Both the position numbers and the translations under genes were made by a program. A model generated the notes under the pieces. It was not told the DNA's origin, did not search any database, and worked only from the letters and a program-made list of their open reading frames with translations. Positions 52,951 through 64,000 of a stretch of 64,000 nt of DNA are shown here, one piece after another. This DNA comes from Botryllus schlosseri (Eukaryota), in NCBI GenBank assembly GCA_051294905.1, contig CM119372.1, positions 37,636,001 to 37,700,000 on the forward strand, written 5' to 3'. Numbering within the stretch: the first letter of the stretch is position 1; every line of letters begins with the position of its first letter.

Positions 52951-54582
52951 ATATTGATTGCTAAAACAATTCATATAATATGACTCCTTTGCTTTTGATA
53001 TAATGCGACTCAATTTATTGGATATGATTTATATTGTATGTGTATAATAAACCACGCTTATATATTCAGACTTCGTGCCATACCTCTTCGAATTTATATA
53101 GTATGTACTAACACGATTAGCCACACCGCAATTATTTATGTAAATTGATAAGAATGTTGCCCACAGGGTATATTCCGTTCAAAACAGCGTAGGAGTATAA
53201 TTCTATCAAGCAGCGGTGGCTGATTTAAATTATGCATTAAGTCTGTACAGACAGAACCAATTCAATGTGCTAAAGAAAAATAATGTTTGATCGTGTAGGA
53301 GAAATTTCTAAGAACTTTGTCGAGCTTGACAATAAACGACCAACATACGTTCCTATTTGCGCGTAATTGTAATGATTACATAATGACTGCCGGGGCCATT
53401 ATGACGGCTGTCGAAGCCGTGTCATGTCGAAGTAAATCTCGAAGCTGTTTTGACTGCAATGTCACTGTTGACTAATCATATCGAAAGCGTAGATGCAAAT
53501 GGTATTCAGTAAACGAAAAAAGATTGGAATTGATATTAAACTCGTAAATTCGTCTCTGAGTCACAAGCGACATTTTACATGTGTCGCGTCGGAGTTAAGT
53601 CAAGTAATTTGAGGTCTCTACCTCGAATCAAGTTGAGTCATTCGGAAAATCCTTATACTACTCATACAATATTTCATCAGGAATTCGAGTCAAACCAATC
53701 CTGAAATTCCCTTTCAGTATATAGGATTTCTAGCTTCCTAATATCTAATCACTAATAATGAAATACACGACCCGGTATTGAAAATAATGACAGAGCAACA
53801 TACACAATTGTAAGCTGATCATTATCTAATATGCATTGGTAAATTTCGCGCTGAGTTGAATCATGAATTATTACATCATTTTTATTGACTCTCAATTCTG
53901 TTTGCCTGCAACTGAAGATAGCTCTCAGAATATTTGCAGTTTGCCGATGCTACGCATTGCATCTAAAGTGCTGACTCACAACAGAACTAACTTGGTATGT
54001 ACAGGCTGAGTTCAGTTAACGCCGCAGGCCACGCTGAACGTAAGCAAACTGGATTCACAGACAATCGCGATCCAATCACTACAAGACACGATATATTACT
54101 TACGTAAAAGTGAGAACTGACGGCATTTTACATAATCACGGGCCTTTTAGGCAATGCATTTTCTTACCTCAAAAATCGTGATGTTTCGGGTAGTGATTAT
54201 TGTAATCGATAACTTCACTTCACTGCAATAGGTTTACGACTTCTTGCCAGAAGTTTATCCTATTCTGCATTGATATTCGGTCGTTTATCGGGGGGTTGTC
54301 GTGGTTCGATTAAATAACCAACAGAACATCTACTCAAGTGGCTGATAGCGCATTGGTGCGTTCCACAGCTTCAACACCAATGGGGTGAGAGTACGAGTCC
54401 AGCCGAGACCGACACAAGATTTCTTACCCAAGTGCTGTTATCCATATCCAGGCTGCTCCTCGCCATCCGATCCGCGTACCTGGTGTCCTACAAAGGCCTA
54501 CATCCTAGAACAAAAAACTGCCTTCCTATACAAGTCGGCAGATCAGGAATCACAAGAAAGACTACAGGTCTGGTGCAATGAC

Positions 54583-55074
54583 TAGGGCAAGTTTTTGCAA
54601 TTTTCGCAACTTTTTTTACAGCTACCAAGGCGAGACCGCCCAAAATTACATTTTCTCTGAGTCACCTTTTTTAGGCTATGGCTTTTGTTAAAGTCGCAGA
54701 GAGTGAGTTTTTTAATGCCTTGGGGCAAGTTTGCAAACCCAGGGGGTTTGGGATGTGTTATTTGACTTGTTTTAGGGGGAGGGGGTTATCGCTATGCTGT
54801 TAGGCTTTTTTGGGGAAATTATATCCGCATTGCGTAATTTTCTTGCTACGTGCCGGAAAAATGTAATTTTTTGCGGTTTCGCCCGACCGTGTGTTTAATG
54901 GCAATAAAGTAACACATTTGACAGCTCTGCAGGAACTAGGTTATGCAGCAGAACCTTTCGAGTATCTCATACCCTGATAATTCAACAAAATTGTAAATGC
55001 AACTTTTTACTGCAACTTTTGGCAAAATTAAATGCAACTTTCTCGCGATTTTAGTGCAACAAAAACTTTACCTA
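54583..55074. mobile_element. MITE inserted into a SINE
   Basis: TAGGGCAAGTTTTTG / AAAAACTTTACCTA; TSD GCAATGAC/GTAATGAC; SINE sequence continues on both sides. Confidence 0.75.
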
Positions 55075-56177
55075 GTAATGACCATAGCAGTAGAAACACC
55101 ATGGATAACAAAATCAGCAACACCGTACGGTGTATCTGACTCTTTTTATAGAACCTACAATCGAGCACGCATTTAAATGATAGCCAGAGGTATTTGATGA
55201 ACGGACACCATAGGGCAAGACATTACATCATGTGAATTGGGCCCTGCATCGCCAAAAACTGTACAGAAGGTATATTTTCCGAACTCGTAGATTACGGTTA
55301 CCCATAGGTTGTTTATGCCGGTAAGTCATATTGTACAGCTCATGCATTCATTTCATAATTCAAGTACACGCATTCTTATCGGTCGTATGTATGTGAAAGC
55401 TTGTGAATTGTTGAAATCGCACGCTATGGCTGACGATAAGTGTTTTTGCAGCATCGAATACCAATTTTAAATAGCTTTGCTTTCATTATATACTTGTGTC
55501 AACAAACCGATAACATTGATGAATTCGACTTTGCGAATGTGCCTGCTTAGATGCTTACTCTATTAAAACATGACACCTTTTTACAGTTCACCGACATGAA
55601 TTTGCGACAGTATCGGAGACGTGAACATGAACATAAATGCGCCATCACGCATTGCTTATGACAGTCTGAGACATGTGCAATGATTCTTTGTTCCTTGCGG
55701 TACGGTTAATGTGATAATTGTAACTTCGGCTTCGACAGATTTTGTTTGTCGTTCCGTCGACGCACTGATTAAATGCAAAAGTCGGTATCGTTATAGGTTG
55801 ATTTTGACGGTGTTTCATATCGAGATGGGTGAGAAAATTGGTATGGTGCATTGTGATGATGTTATCTAATACTTGGCCATGTTTCAAGGTATTCACTCAA
55901 TGATTAGGGTAGAAATTTCGTAATTCAAAGTCGAGTATGTTACTTTCGATCCGTCTGAAGCGGTATTTAACGCAAAAGTCAGCATCGCTATATTTTGATT
56001 TTGACGCGATGTTGCATACCGGGATCGGCCTCAAGATTATGATATATCATGACGATATCATCGAACACTGTACCGAGTTTTAAGTTTATTACGCAATGAT
56101 TAAGATGGTAATTGCCCTATCCAAATCGACTATGAATAGCTGTGCGTTAAACTCAAACTATAGCTGACCGCGTAGCA

Positions 56178-57638
56178 CAGTGGTTCTCAACCTTTTTGAC
56201 TTCGCGGACCCCTTTTGACCGTCATGGACCCTCGCGGACCCCCTCAAGTTTTAGTTCAATTTTAGCTCTATTTTGGAGCAACCTTCATCTGTCTCGTGCA
56301 AATAAGAACTGTAGGCTTGTGATAAACAGCAAAATAATGATTTTTTTTTAAATAACATCATACTATTTATGTGGAAATTAGTAGACTTTTATTATTTCAA
56401 AGCTAATTTTGCTGCTGTATTTCTTGAAGTACGTGGTCGTGTCTTGAAAATCCGCGTCTTCGTTTTGATATGAACGAGTGCCGATAACCATTTCCGCAAA
56501 GATAGATGGAGGCTAATGCAATATTAACGCATAACACTTCCGACGATACTTTGGCGTGATCGCAACATTTATAGCACAAACATGAAGAAATATATATTTT
56601 ATGAACATATCACGTCCAGGATCTAGCGCAGGGACAGGCAACATACGGACCGCGGTCCGGATTCGGCCGCAGAGAGTTTCTACCGCTAAAGTGAAATCAT
56701 AATAAAAAAGTATAGACAAATTTTATGCGCCAAAGAATGGATCCAAGTTTTCCAACCTGAGAAAGACTGTCATGAAACGACTTCTTCTGTTCGGGCTTAC
56801 ATATATATTTACGAGCAAACATTTTCGACCATGAACAATTGAACATTAACAAAACAAGACTGCATACCAATATAACTGGTGATATGAATTTCAGGGTTGG
56901 GGCGTAATGCTTTGATAGTAACGAAACACTCCTTTTTCATCAAAAAATCAGCCTTGTCGATAGGGCATCTGCAATAAGAATGCGCCAAATCCGATAGCCG
57001 AGCTTTAAGAGCAGGTATATCGTTGTCCGATTTATGACGAGTGTCATCCAAAAATATCCGGGTTCATTTCAATATGAATATACTATTCAATTGTATATTG
57101 AAGTTCTGAACCTCCAAGAAGCTGTTCAAATAGTGGTTATGTATATCACAGGATAAATTGGCTTTAGTGGCGAGGCTTCAATCCCTGCATTGGGACAAAT
57201 TAGGGAAATAATTCGGAAATTTTTATTTCAAACGACTGTTCTCTAATTTGATGAGACTGACAACGTCAAATCGAGAAGGTTTTGCAGACATTACGAAGTC
57301 ACCCTGATAGACGTTACTATCTCCATATTTTCATTTTTTCCACAAACATCAACAAAACGTCTCTAAACAGCAATATGTTTGTATCAGCAGGTTGTTGGAA
57401 AATTGGCAATGAAAATGAATTTCCACACTACGATAGTTCATCTCAGACGATTATGATGATGATATGAGTCATGAGGTTTTAGCAGTTGTGGTGCGAAACT
57501 GCCTCATGCTTTCTCAAATTAAAAAATAAAATAAAAATTACGTTATCAACCATTTTAAAAATTTAGAGGTCTCGCGGACCCCCTGAAATTGCTTCGCGGA
57601 CCCCTAGGGGTCCGCGGACCCGCGGTTGAGAACAGCTG
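56178..57638 (+). mobile_element. Non-autonomous hAT element, family A, complete copy
   Basis: TIRs CAGTGGTTCTCAACC / GGTTGAGAACAGCTG; 8-bp TSD GCGTAGCA (56170-56177, 57639-57646); subterminal CGCGGACCCC repeats. Confidence 0.88.
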
Positions 57639-57986
57639 GCGTAGCATATTTTACGCAAAACTCTGTATGTATATGATTTGATTTTGACGGTGTTCTATAC
57701 GTATTTGGGAGACTAGATTTCGCCTGTGATATCTTGACTATATCGGCTACTAGCGATGTACGAAATTTCAAGACTATCACATAATAAGGTAATAAGGTAG
57801 TAATTTACTTATCCCAATCGGCTACCCGCAGTGAGAGTAATTGCAGTTCTTTTATTCAGAAGCACGCTTTTATAAATTTATTGGATCAACGGCTTGAATC
57901 AAAATGTAACATACGGCAAGACCAATCGAACAGGAAGTATTCTACAATCGGACAATTGAGATAGCGTTTTTGATGCGGTAACGGCT

Positions 57987-57994
57987 TATAAATA
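57987..57994 (+). promoter_or_regulatory. Candidate TATA box of the plus-strand peptide gene
   Basis: TATAAATA ~190 bp upstream of the ATG, followed by a possible short 5'UTR exon (donor gtagga ~58058) and the acceptor at 58136. Confidence 0.4.
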
Positions 57995-58173
57995 ACGTAT
58001 GGGATATGTCATACACAAAGGTCTATTACTATATTCTTGGAACTTTGACTGGATTTCGTAGGAGTAAAGAGGAACTCCTATCGTTTATATCAGGCTTGCA
58101 GCAAATTATAGATTTATTCAATCGTTTATCTTGTAGCTTGTGGAGTTAGTGGTCAAAAGTGCAAACCGATATT

Positions 58174-58668
58174 ATGTTGATCAATAAGTTGGTTACGCTT
58201 TTCGTTTTGTCAGTACTTCTGACAAGGACATCAAATGCGATTCGAGCGTAAGTGGTTAAGTATTTTAAAATAATAACGAGTCGTTGTTGAAATAACACAT
58301 TTTAACCTCGTTGGTGAATGACGTTGAAATAATTCTTATACTTGACAGGCTTCCCAATCATCAAGTTATTCCTGGAATCGTGTTTGACGGTGCAGACGAT
58401 GCCGACGACATGTCAATGTTTGACGATGACTCTATAGGTTTGTGAAAGACAAGCATTTTAATAGTTTTCTGTCATGAATTAAATTAGTGAGTTACGGAGA
58501 TATAGGGTTACAGAACTTCGCAGAGTATTCGAACCAAACTATATATCTCGGAATCATGGGAATGTAGTTTCTGTATCTGTTACATGAGGATGCAAGTGTA
58601 TTATGCCTGTATTAATTTATTCATTCCGTACAGATTTGAATTTGGATCACCACCAACACGAACAATGA
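58174..58668 (+). CDS. 65-aa secreted acidic peptide precursor MLINKLVTLFVLSVLLTRTSNA-IRALPNHQVIPGIVFDGADDADDMSMFDDDSIDLNLDHHQHEQ
   Basis: Exons 58174-58247 (donor GC|gtaagt, phase 2), 58349-58437 (cttgacag|...ATAG|gtttgt, phase 1), 58634-58668 (ttccgtacag|...TGA). 198 nt in frame. Hydrophobic signal peptide, upstream acceptor at 58135-58136, TATAAATA at 57987 and AATAAA at 58845. Confidence 0.75.
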
Positions 58669-58844
58669 AGACATATGTCACGCGTGAATCACATGAAACC
58701 GAGGATTCTGATAACTTTGAACTTCAAATTACCGAGTTGATGTTTTTTTGGTATGAGTTGGGGCTCTCGAACGCTAGTAATATTTTCAGTCGTGAAAACG
58801 GATAGGATTTGTGTGCAGATTAGCCGGACTAGTGATTTTCATTA

Positions 58845-58850
58845 AATAAA
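58845..58850 (+). terminator. Candidate polyadenylation signal of the plus-strand peptide gene
   Basis: AATAAA ~177 nt after the stop at 58668. Confidence 0.45.
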
Positions 58851-60903
58851 ACCAAATTTCCACACTGTGCAGCCATTGGGATAGTATTGTGGATATTCAG
58901 CTCGTATCTTATCGGAGTATCAATACTCTGTGCAGCGTTATGTAGTCCACCTTGTGATCCAGTTTTCATATATATTTCATTTGACAGCATTACCGACTCC
59001 TTAGACCAGAGCCTGGTAGCACAGGTATTACCAAATATTGGAATACGAATGAAAATGGATCACACTGGTCGACAAAATGATGTTTTTTGACAGAACATCT
59101 GAGAGCCGTTTCTGGGGTTTTCGAGGTTGCTGATTACAAATATGACATTAGTTTTGCCAGATTGGGTTTTCTTCAGTAGATGTTTATACTGCAGGAATTA
59201 AAGCTCATTGTGTCTGGTGATCTGTATAAAAGTATGGCTAACCAATAGTCTTTGGTGCTCGGCTATACAATACTTATCTCGAGAAGCTGTTCCTTGGGCG
59301 AAGTTTTTCGCAACAGATATATACTCAATACAATGGTTTATTCAGAACGTTATACAGTAGTAGCGTATAGAGTCTCATAATCAAAGTAATCTCTAACACG
59401 TGTTACATACACTTTTATACGAGTCCACAGCTCCGTGGTCTCGAGTCATCACAAGAAGTAGTTTCTTATGCGAGACATTGCAGAATATCATGGACGAGTG
59501 AACACAGCGGAATAGCTGCAATACCCTAAAAAGACCCAAATTACTGTATTTACCCTTGAATATTTCACTTGATAGGGAGAAAATCGTAGTTTTTTCTAAT
59601 TTCTAAACTGCGCATAAATAGATAACTGACTATGAAAAACTGTCATGTCGTTCTCCGTCATTCTAAAATGACCTGGTGCAAAATATTTTTTTGTCAAAAA
59701 AGCAGTTTGTCAAGCCTAAAAACTGTACTTTTGCAAAGCGGAAATACATATTCTCCTGTATGAATTGGTCTTTCTACCAAGATTAAAGAGGAGTATGAAG
59801 CTATAAAATTTTTCCCCGAAGAGCTAACTACAATAGGGCCTACTCCTATGCGTCTCATTTTGTTTGACTTGTAAATGGATAATATTCCGCAGAGTCAACA
59901 AAGTGGGCAGGTATACCTATAGTATACCTGTCAAATGAGGGGCTTGAATCTGGTATCTTTGATAGATGAAAGATTCCAATCTTATATTTGGAATAAATTC
60001 ATAATATTATATTCCAACTGATTATTTCAAATTCACAATATGTGGTTGACCTAAAACTGATTGAATTAATGCCACGCTATTTGAGGATCTAAGTAAATAC
60101 TTATATACAGGACTGCAGTTTGAAAATGGGAGATTTTGGTCAAAATAGCCCCATGGGTTATCTCAAAGACAGGAGCTAATTTGAAAAAAAAAAACTAAGG
60201 TCATGTTGGGAATCAGTGGCCTTCAGAACCCACAAAACCACTCTTACTTTGTCTGCCTAAAAATAGGTGTTGACCAGTATTATAATTGGATTGGACTCGG
60301 CATCTCAACTTTAAATTTACACTTTAATCGATAAGATTGTGTAGTCACACCCAAAAGGCCAAAAAGGGTGGTGCATTAAAACATAACCCAACTCTGAATT
60401 AGATCGAGACCATAAATCATGCGTGCCTACGTGCATAAAATGTTTTAATCTATTTATACCGCGGTATAAGTCTGATGTAGGTTCTGGTTTCTGGTGCAAT
60501 GAGTGGATACTGTATATTAATATTCACATCCGTATATCGGTTTGGTACACAGGTGGAAATACACTGTTTTCACTCAGGGTCAGTCTCTCTCTCTTTGATA
60601 CTGAATGCGGCTCACCGGACCGGAAAGGTGACAAGCGCCGCATTGTTTCATGTTCAACAACTATTGATAATACCAATATGGTGCTAAACCTTTCCTCTGG
60701 CTTGAATAGTTTCTCCTGACTTCGACGATTTTGTGATTGATTGATGACGCGATCTTGACCCGGGGAATGTGCAGAAATCCTGAAGCAGAACGGAACCACG
60801 ATGCCTCCTTGTCGCGATCAGGACATTCTGTAGATGATTCGTTCCAGATCTATTTGTGGCAGACAGTCCCAGTCTGCGAATCCCTACACTTGATACTATA
60901 AAC

Positions 60904-62123
60904 CAGGGGTGGCCAACCTTTTTGGTCAAAGGGCCACATTGGGTGGACGAACTATTGCGCGGGCCACCAGCCGCGCAAAGCGCGAAAATTTTTTGAAGTT
61001 CATAGGTCAATAATGTTGTCACTTGACTATATTGCGGGCCTGCCGTATTTCGCTGGGCTAAATTTGCGAGGACTGGGCTATTCGGCGCCTGGACATATCG
61101 ATATCGAAAGCTGCGACCAACATGCGTCAATTAGTTAGTTGGTTTTCAGGTATTCATGGTGTTTGTAGACTACTATGGTCATTTACACCAGGCCGATATT
61201 CTTCATTTACATTCCGTAACTGCCGAGGTATATAGCACGGCCCACTTCTAGGCTTTTTGTAAGACACCGCTTACGCGGATGAGGTGGCGCGGAGCCTAGA
61301 TAAACCTCAAACACTTGGGTATAGGAAATGCGTCAATCATTTTGTGCCTAGGTTTCATGGTCGACGGTCTTACTGCGAGCGCAAACGCAAGGTCGCATGT
61401 GTTGAACGACACTTTGTCTCGTAATCGCGAATATAGTTAGACTCAATCTCATGCATTAGGCGTTCTTTCATTTTCACAAAGGGGCAACAATATTAAAAAC
61501 AAGAAATCGAGTGACAACATGTTGCGCGAAGCTTGTAGAAATTTTTTACTTTTGATAGATCTATCACAAATTATTCTGCTTTATTGTAGTGAACGAAGAT
61601 ACACCAGTGTGGCGAGATAGCGCAGTGGTATAATCCGCGGCTGCAACACCAATGGGTGCGGGTTCCAGTCCGACCGAGGTCGACTTCGGAATTCCGATGC
61701 CCAAGTGTTGGAGGTTTACCTAGGCTCCTCCTCGCCACCTCATCCGCGTCAGCGGTGTCTTACAAAAGCCTAGAGGTAGGCCGTGCTATAAGTCGGCAGT
61801 TACGGAAAACAAGAAGAATATCGGCCCGGTTGAAATGACCATAGTAGTCGACAAACGCCATGAATACCCCAAAAACAAACAAACAAACAAACAAGATATA
61901 CCAATATGTGACTGGCTGATGTATCTGCCAATGCCTTGGAACTGATGTTTCAGTCATCACATCTCAAGTGCTGCGGCCAGACTGATGAAATGTTTGGTTG
62001 GCCTTGCAAGTTCACAATCTGTGTAATCCATTTTTGATGATATTAGAAATTTCAGAAATTACCTCGCGGGCCACTCACAACCTTCTCGCGGGCCACATGT
62101 TACCCGCTGGTTGGCCGGCCCTG
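60904..62123. mobile_element. hAT MITE containing two SINE insertions
   Basis: TIRs CAGGGGTGGCCAACC / GGTTGGCCGGCCCTG; perfect TSD CTATAAAC. Confidence 0.85.
61607..61892 (+). mobile_element. tRNA-derived SINE, full length
   Basis: A box TAGCGCAGTGG, B-box-like GGTTCCAGTCC, (CAAA)n tail, TSD AAGATA(C/T)ACCA. Homologs at ~61130-61330 (-), ~47247-47495 (-) and ~54340-55120 (+, split by a MITE). Confidence 0.8.
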
Positions 62124-62506
62124 CTATAAACAATTACATGGATGAAGGAATATTGGAGTCTCCCCACACATCTCATCATCTCTAATCCCACAATAATTTT
62201 GACACAAAGTTACCAGGCTCATGTGTTGCAAAATGATCAGAACGCAACTTTTTTCACGCAATATATCGATGTTTCGTTAAAACATCCAGTCATCTTTTCT
62301 GTTGGAAAATCAAAGCTACATGAAATATTTGCTGTGCGTGAATGCGATGGTCACTAGTATATCAACCGACAAAAAATAGATATGTATTTTCAGAAATCAT
62401 GGTAACGCGGAAAATTAATACTTCCTAAAACTTTGTAAGCTACTGTTCAGACATCCTTCTGGTATGCTCGAGTTTTTGTTCAGTGACCATTCCTTTCATG
62501 GATACG

Positions 62507-63507
62507 TTATCTCTTGATTTTGTACATTCCTAGTATAAAGGCCATGGCCGCGGCTGCTGCTATGAATCCAGCATAGGTCAAATTACTGCCATTCGCTGTG
62601 TAAAAAAGAATATGTTGAATACATAGGTGTCGGACATATATATAAGAGGTAGCACCATATCTGTTGTTGTCAATTATCAGCAGTATTTAAGTAACGTCAT
62701 CACTAGGCAATAGATTTCATTTGGTGTCCCTTCGGTGCCTCATTGACTTACTTTCAGTTCTATTGATATGATGAGTTTAAAGGTTACAAAGTTAATCTTG
62801 GATCACACTGTCGTGAATCGAGAATATGCGATTGTAATCCATCGTAGTAGAAACAAATTACTTGACTGTATGATACATTTTGAAGCAAACTTTCAACTGA
62901 TATTTAAACAGTTCTTTAAGTCTTGCAGGGGGCTAAAAGTTAAAACTGTGCGCTCCCAGCGATGTTCACACTGGCGTGGAACGTAAGACAGAAACGTGCA
63001 TAATATGTCTAGAGACGGCTGGATGTGGCAGGAATAAGCATACTGCGTTGTTGAGGCTTGATAGGAGGTCAATCACATACATAATACATTTTAACAGTTG
63101 ATACTCACCATGTTTTGTATCGAAGAAGTTGATCACAGTAGAGCCTGTAACATATACAAAATTAGTAACAAAAGTTACATAACCGATATACATTCTGAAA
63201 AATCACCTGTGTTGTTGCGGTGATAATCTGATCCACGTGGACGGGTATCAATGTCAGACTCGCCATAAGCCCAAATCACTGTAGTTGGTTCATTCTGTAT
63301 AAAATGAAGGAGATACATTCAGCAGATCATTCCATTAAGTTTTATACCGCAGTATTTTACCGTTATAACTGTATCTCTTTTGTCGCCCGTGTCGGTCTTT
63401 CGACGTATAGTGACTTTGGTGTGGGTACCGTTTTCTTGATGCATAACCACGTAGGCATCTTGCGAGGGGTCTACTCGCGGTACTCCATTTCTTTTCGCGG
63501 AAGCGTC
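62507..63507 (-). CDS. 3' part of a paralogous DOMON-domain gene ending in a hydrophobic (TM/GPI-like) C-terminus; its 5' part lies beyond the window
   Basis: Exons 63507-63361 (DASAKRNGVPRVDPSQDAYVVMHQENGTHTKVTIRRKTDTGDKRDTVIT), 63294-63207 (NEPTTVIWAYGESDIDTRPRGSDYHRNNTG), 63144-63109 (STVINFFDTKH), 62595-62507 (ANGSNLTYAGFIAAAAAMAFILGMYKIKR*). Exon sizes 147/88/36 and phases match the modules of the neighbouring gene. Confidence 0.85.
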
Positions 63508-64000
63508 CTTGAGATAAACACAGATTAAGTGTATGGGTGATGAGAAAGTATATGAATTTTTGGGTTTCGGGTTGATGTAAAGCGGGGACAGGCAACATAC
63601 GGCCCGCGAGGGGATTTTGAGCGGCCAGCAGACCTTTCCCGCTCTTATATGACAATGTGGTCCGCGACCACACTTGCATATGCGTCAGGTTATGGTAAAT
63701 GTGGGTTATTCTTTTAGTCCTTTGTTTTCTCTATGTTATTTTATTCGGTTGTTGTTTTATTCGGTTTATTAACGGTTTTTATGCAAGTGCCATGCATGTT
63801 CTGTTCCATCACGAAGGACCCTTCCATTTAAGCCGGAAACATATCTTAGTGAAATTTGGGCTGGCTAGTGTAATAAATAAAGGCGGAATGGATACAACTG
63901 AAAGTGATGGTTCATTACCATTCACAAGACGAAGCTGCGATCCAATCTAACTGTTGTTGACGTGTAGTCTTTACGTCCGACATGCAGCCAGAGTTCGAAG

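Noticed and set aside
60690..60779. 90-nt minus-strand segment between a good acceptor and donor, open in all frames
   Set aside because: No partner exons or motif could be identified, so it cannot be supported.
61611..61690. tRNA-Cys gene
   Set aside because: The cloverleaf is imperfect and continues into a repeated body with tail and TSD, so it is a SINE head. The weaker tRNA-like head at ~5153-5230 was also not called.

Overview
Eukaryotic, intron-rich and very transposon-dense DNA from an animal. An ascidian-like marine invertebrate is my guess from the repeat and gene style; the sequence does not prove it. Most entries in the six-frame ORF track are noise. Reading splice signals by hand gives four host genes. 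(1) A 20-exon minus-strand gene (50422->25736, ~748 aa) for a secreted protein of four tandem DOMON domains, each keeping the Met/His heme-ligand positions. (2) The 3' end of a paralogous DOMON gene with a hydrophobic C-terminus (63507->62507). (3,4) Two 3-exon genes, each for a 65-aa secreted precursor with an acidic tail and the same intron phases (2,1): one at 20081->15381 encoding a predicted pGlu...KWWPL-amide peptide followed by G-RKRR, one at 58174->58668. The rest is mobile DNA: a decayed Buster-type hAT transposase, many nested MITEs with 8-bp TSDs, foldback elements, a tRNA-derived SINE family, CR1/L2- and R4-type LINE fragments, and Penelope-like element (PLE) pieces. The PLEs include an apparently perfect 352-bp inverted insertion inside a DOMON intron and minimal type I hammerhead ribozymes with covarying stems.
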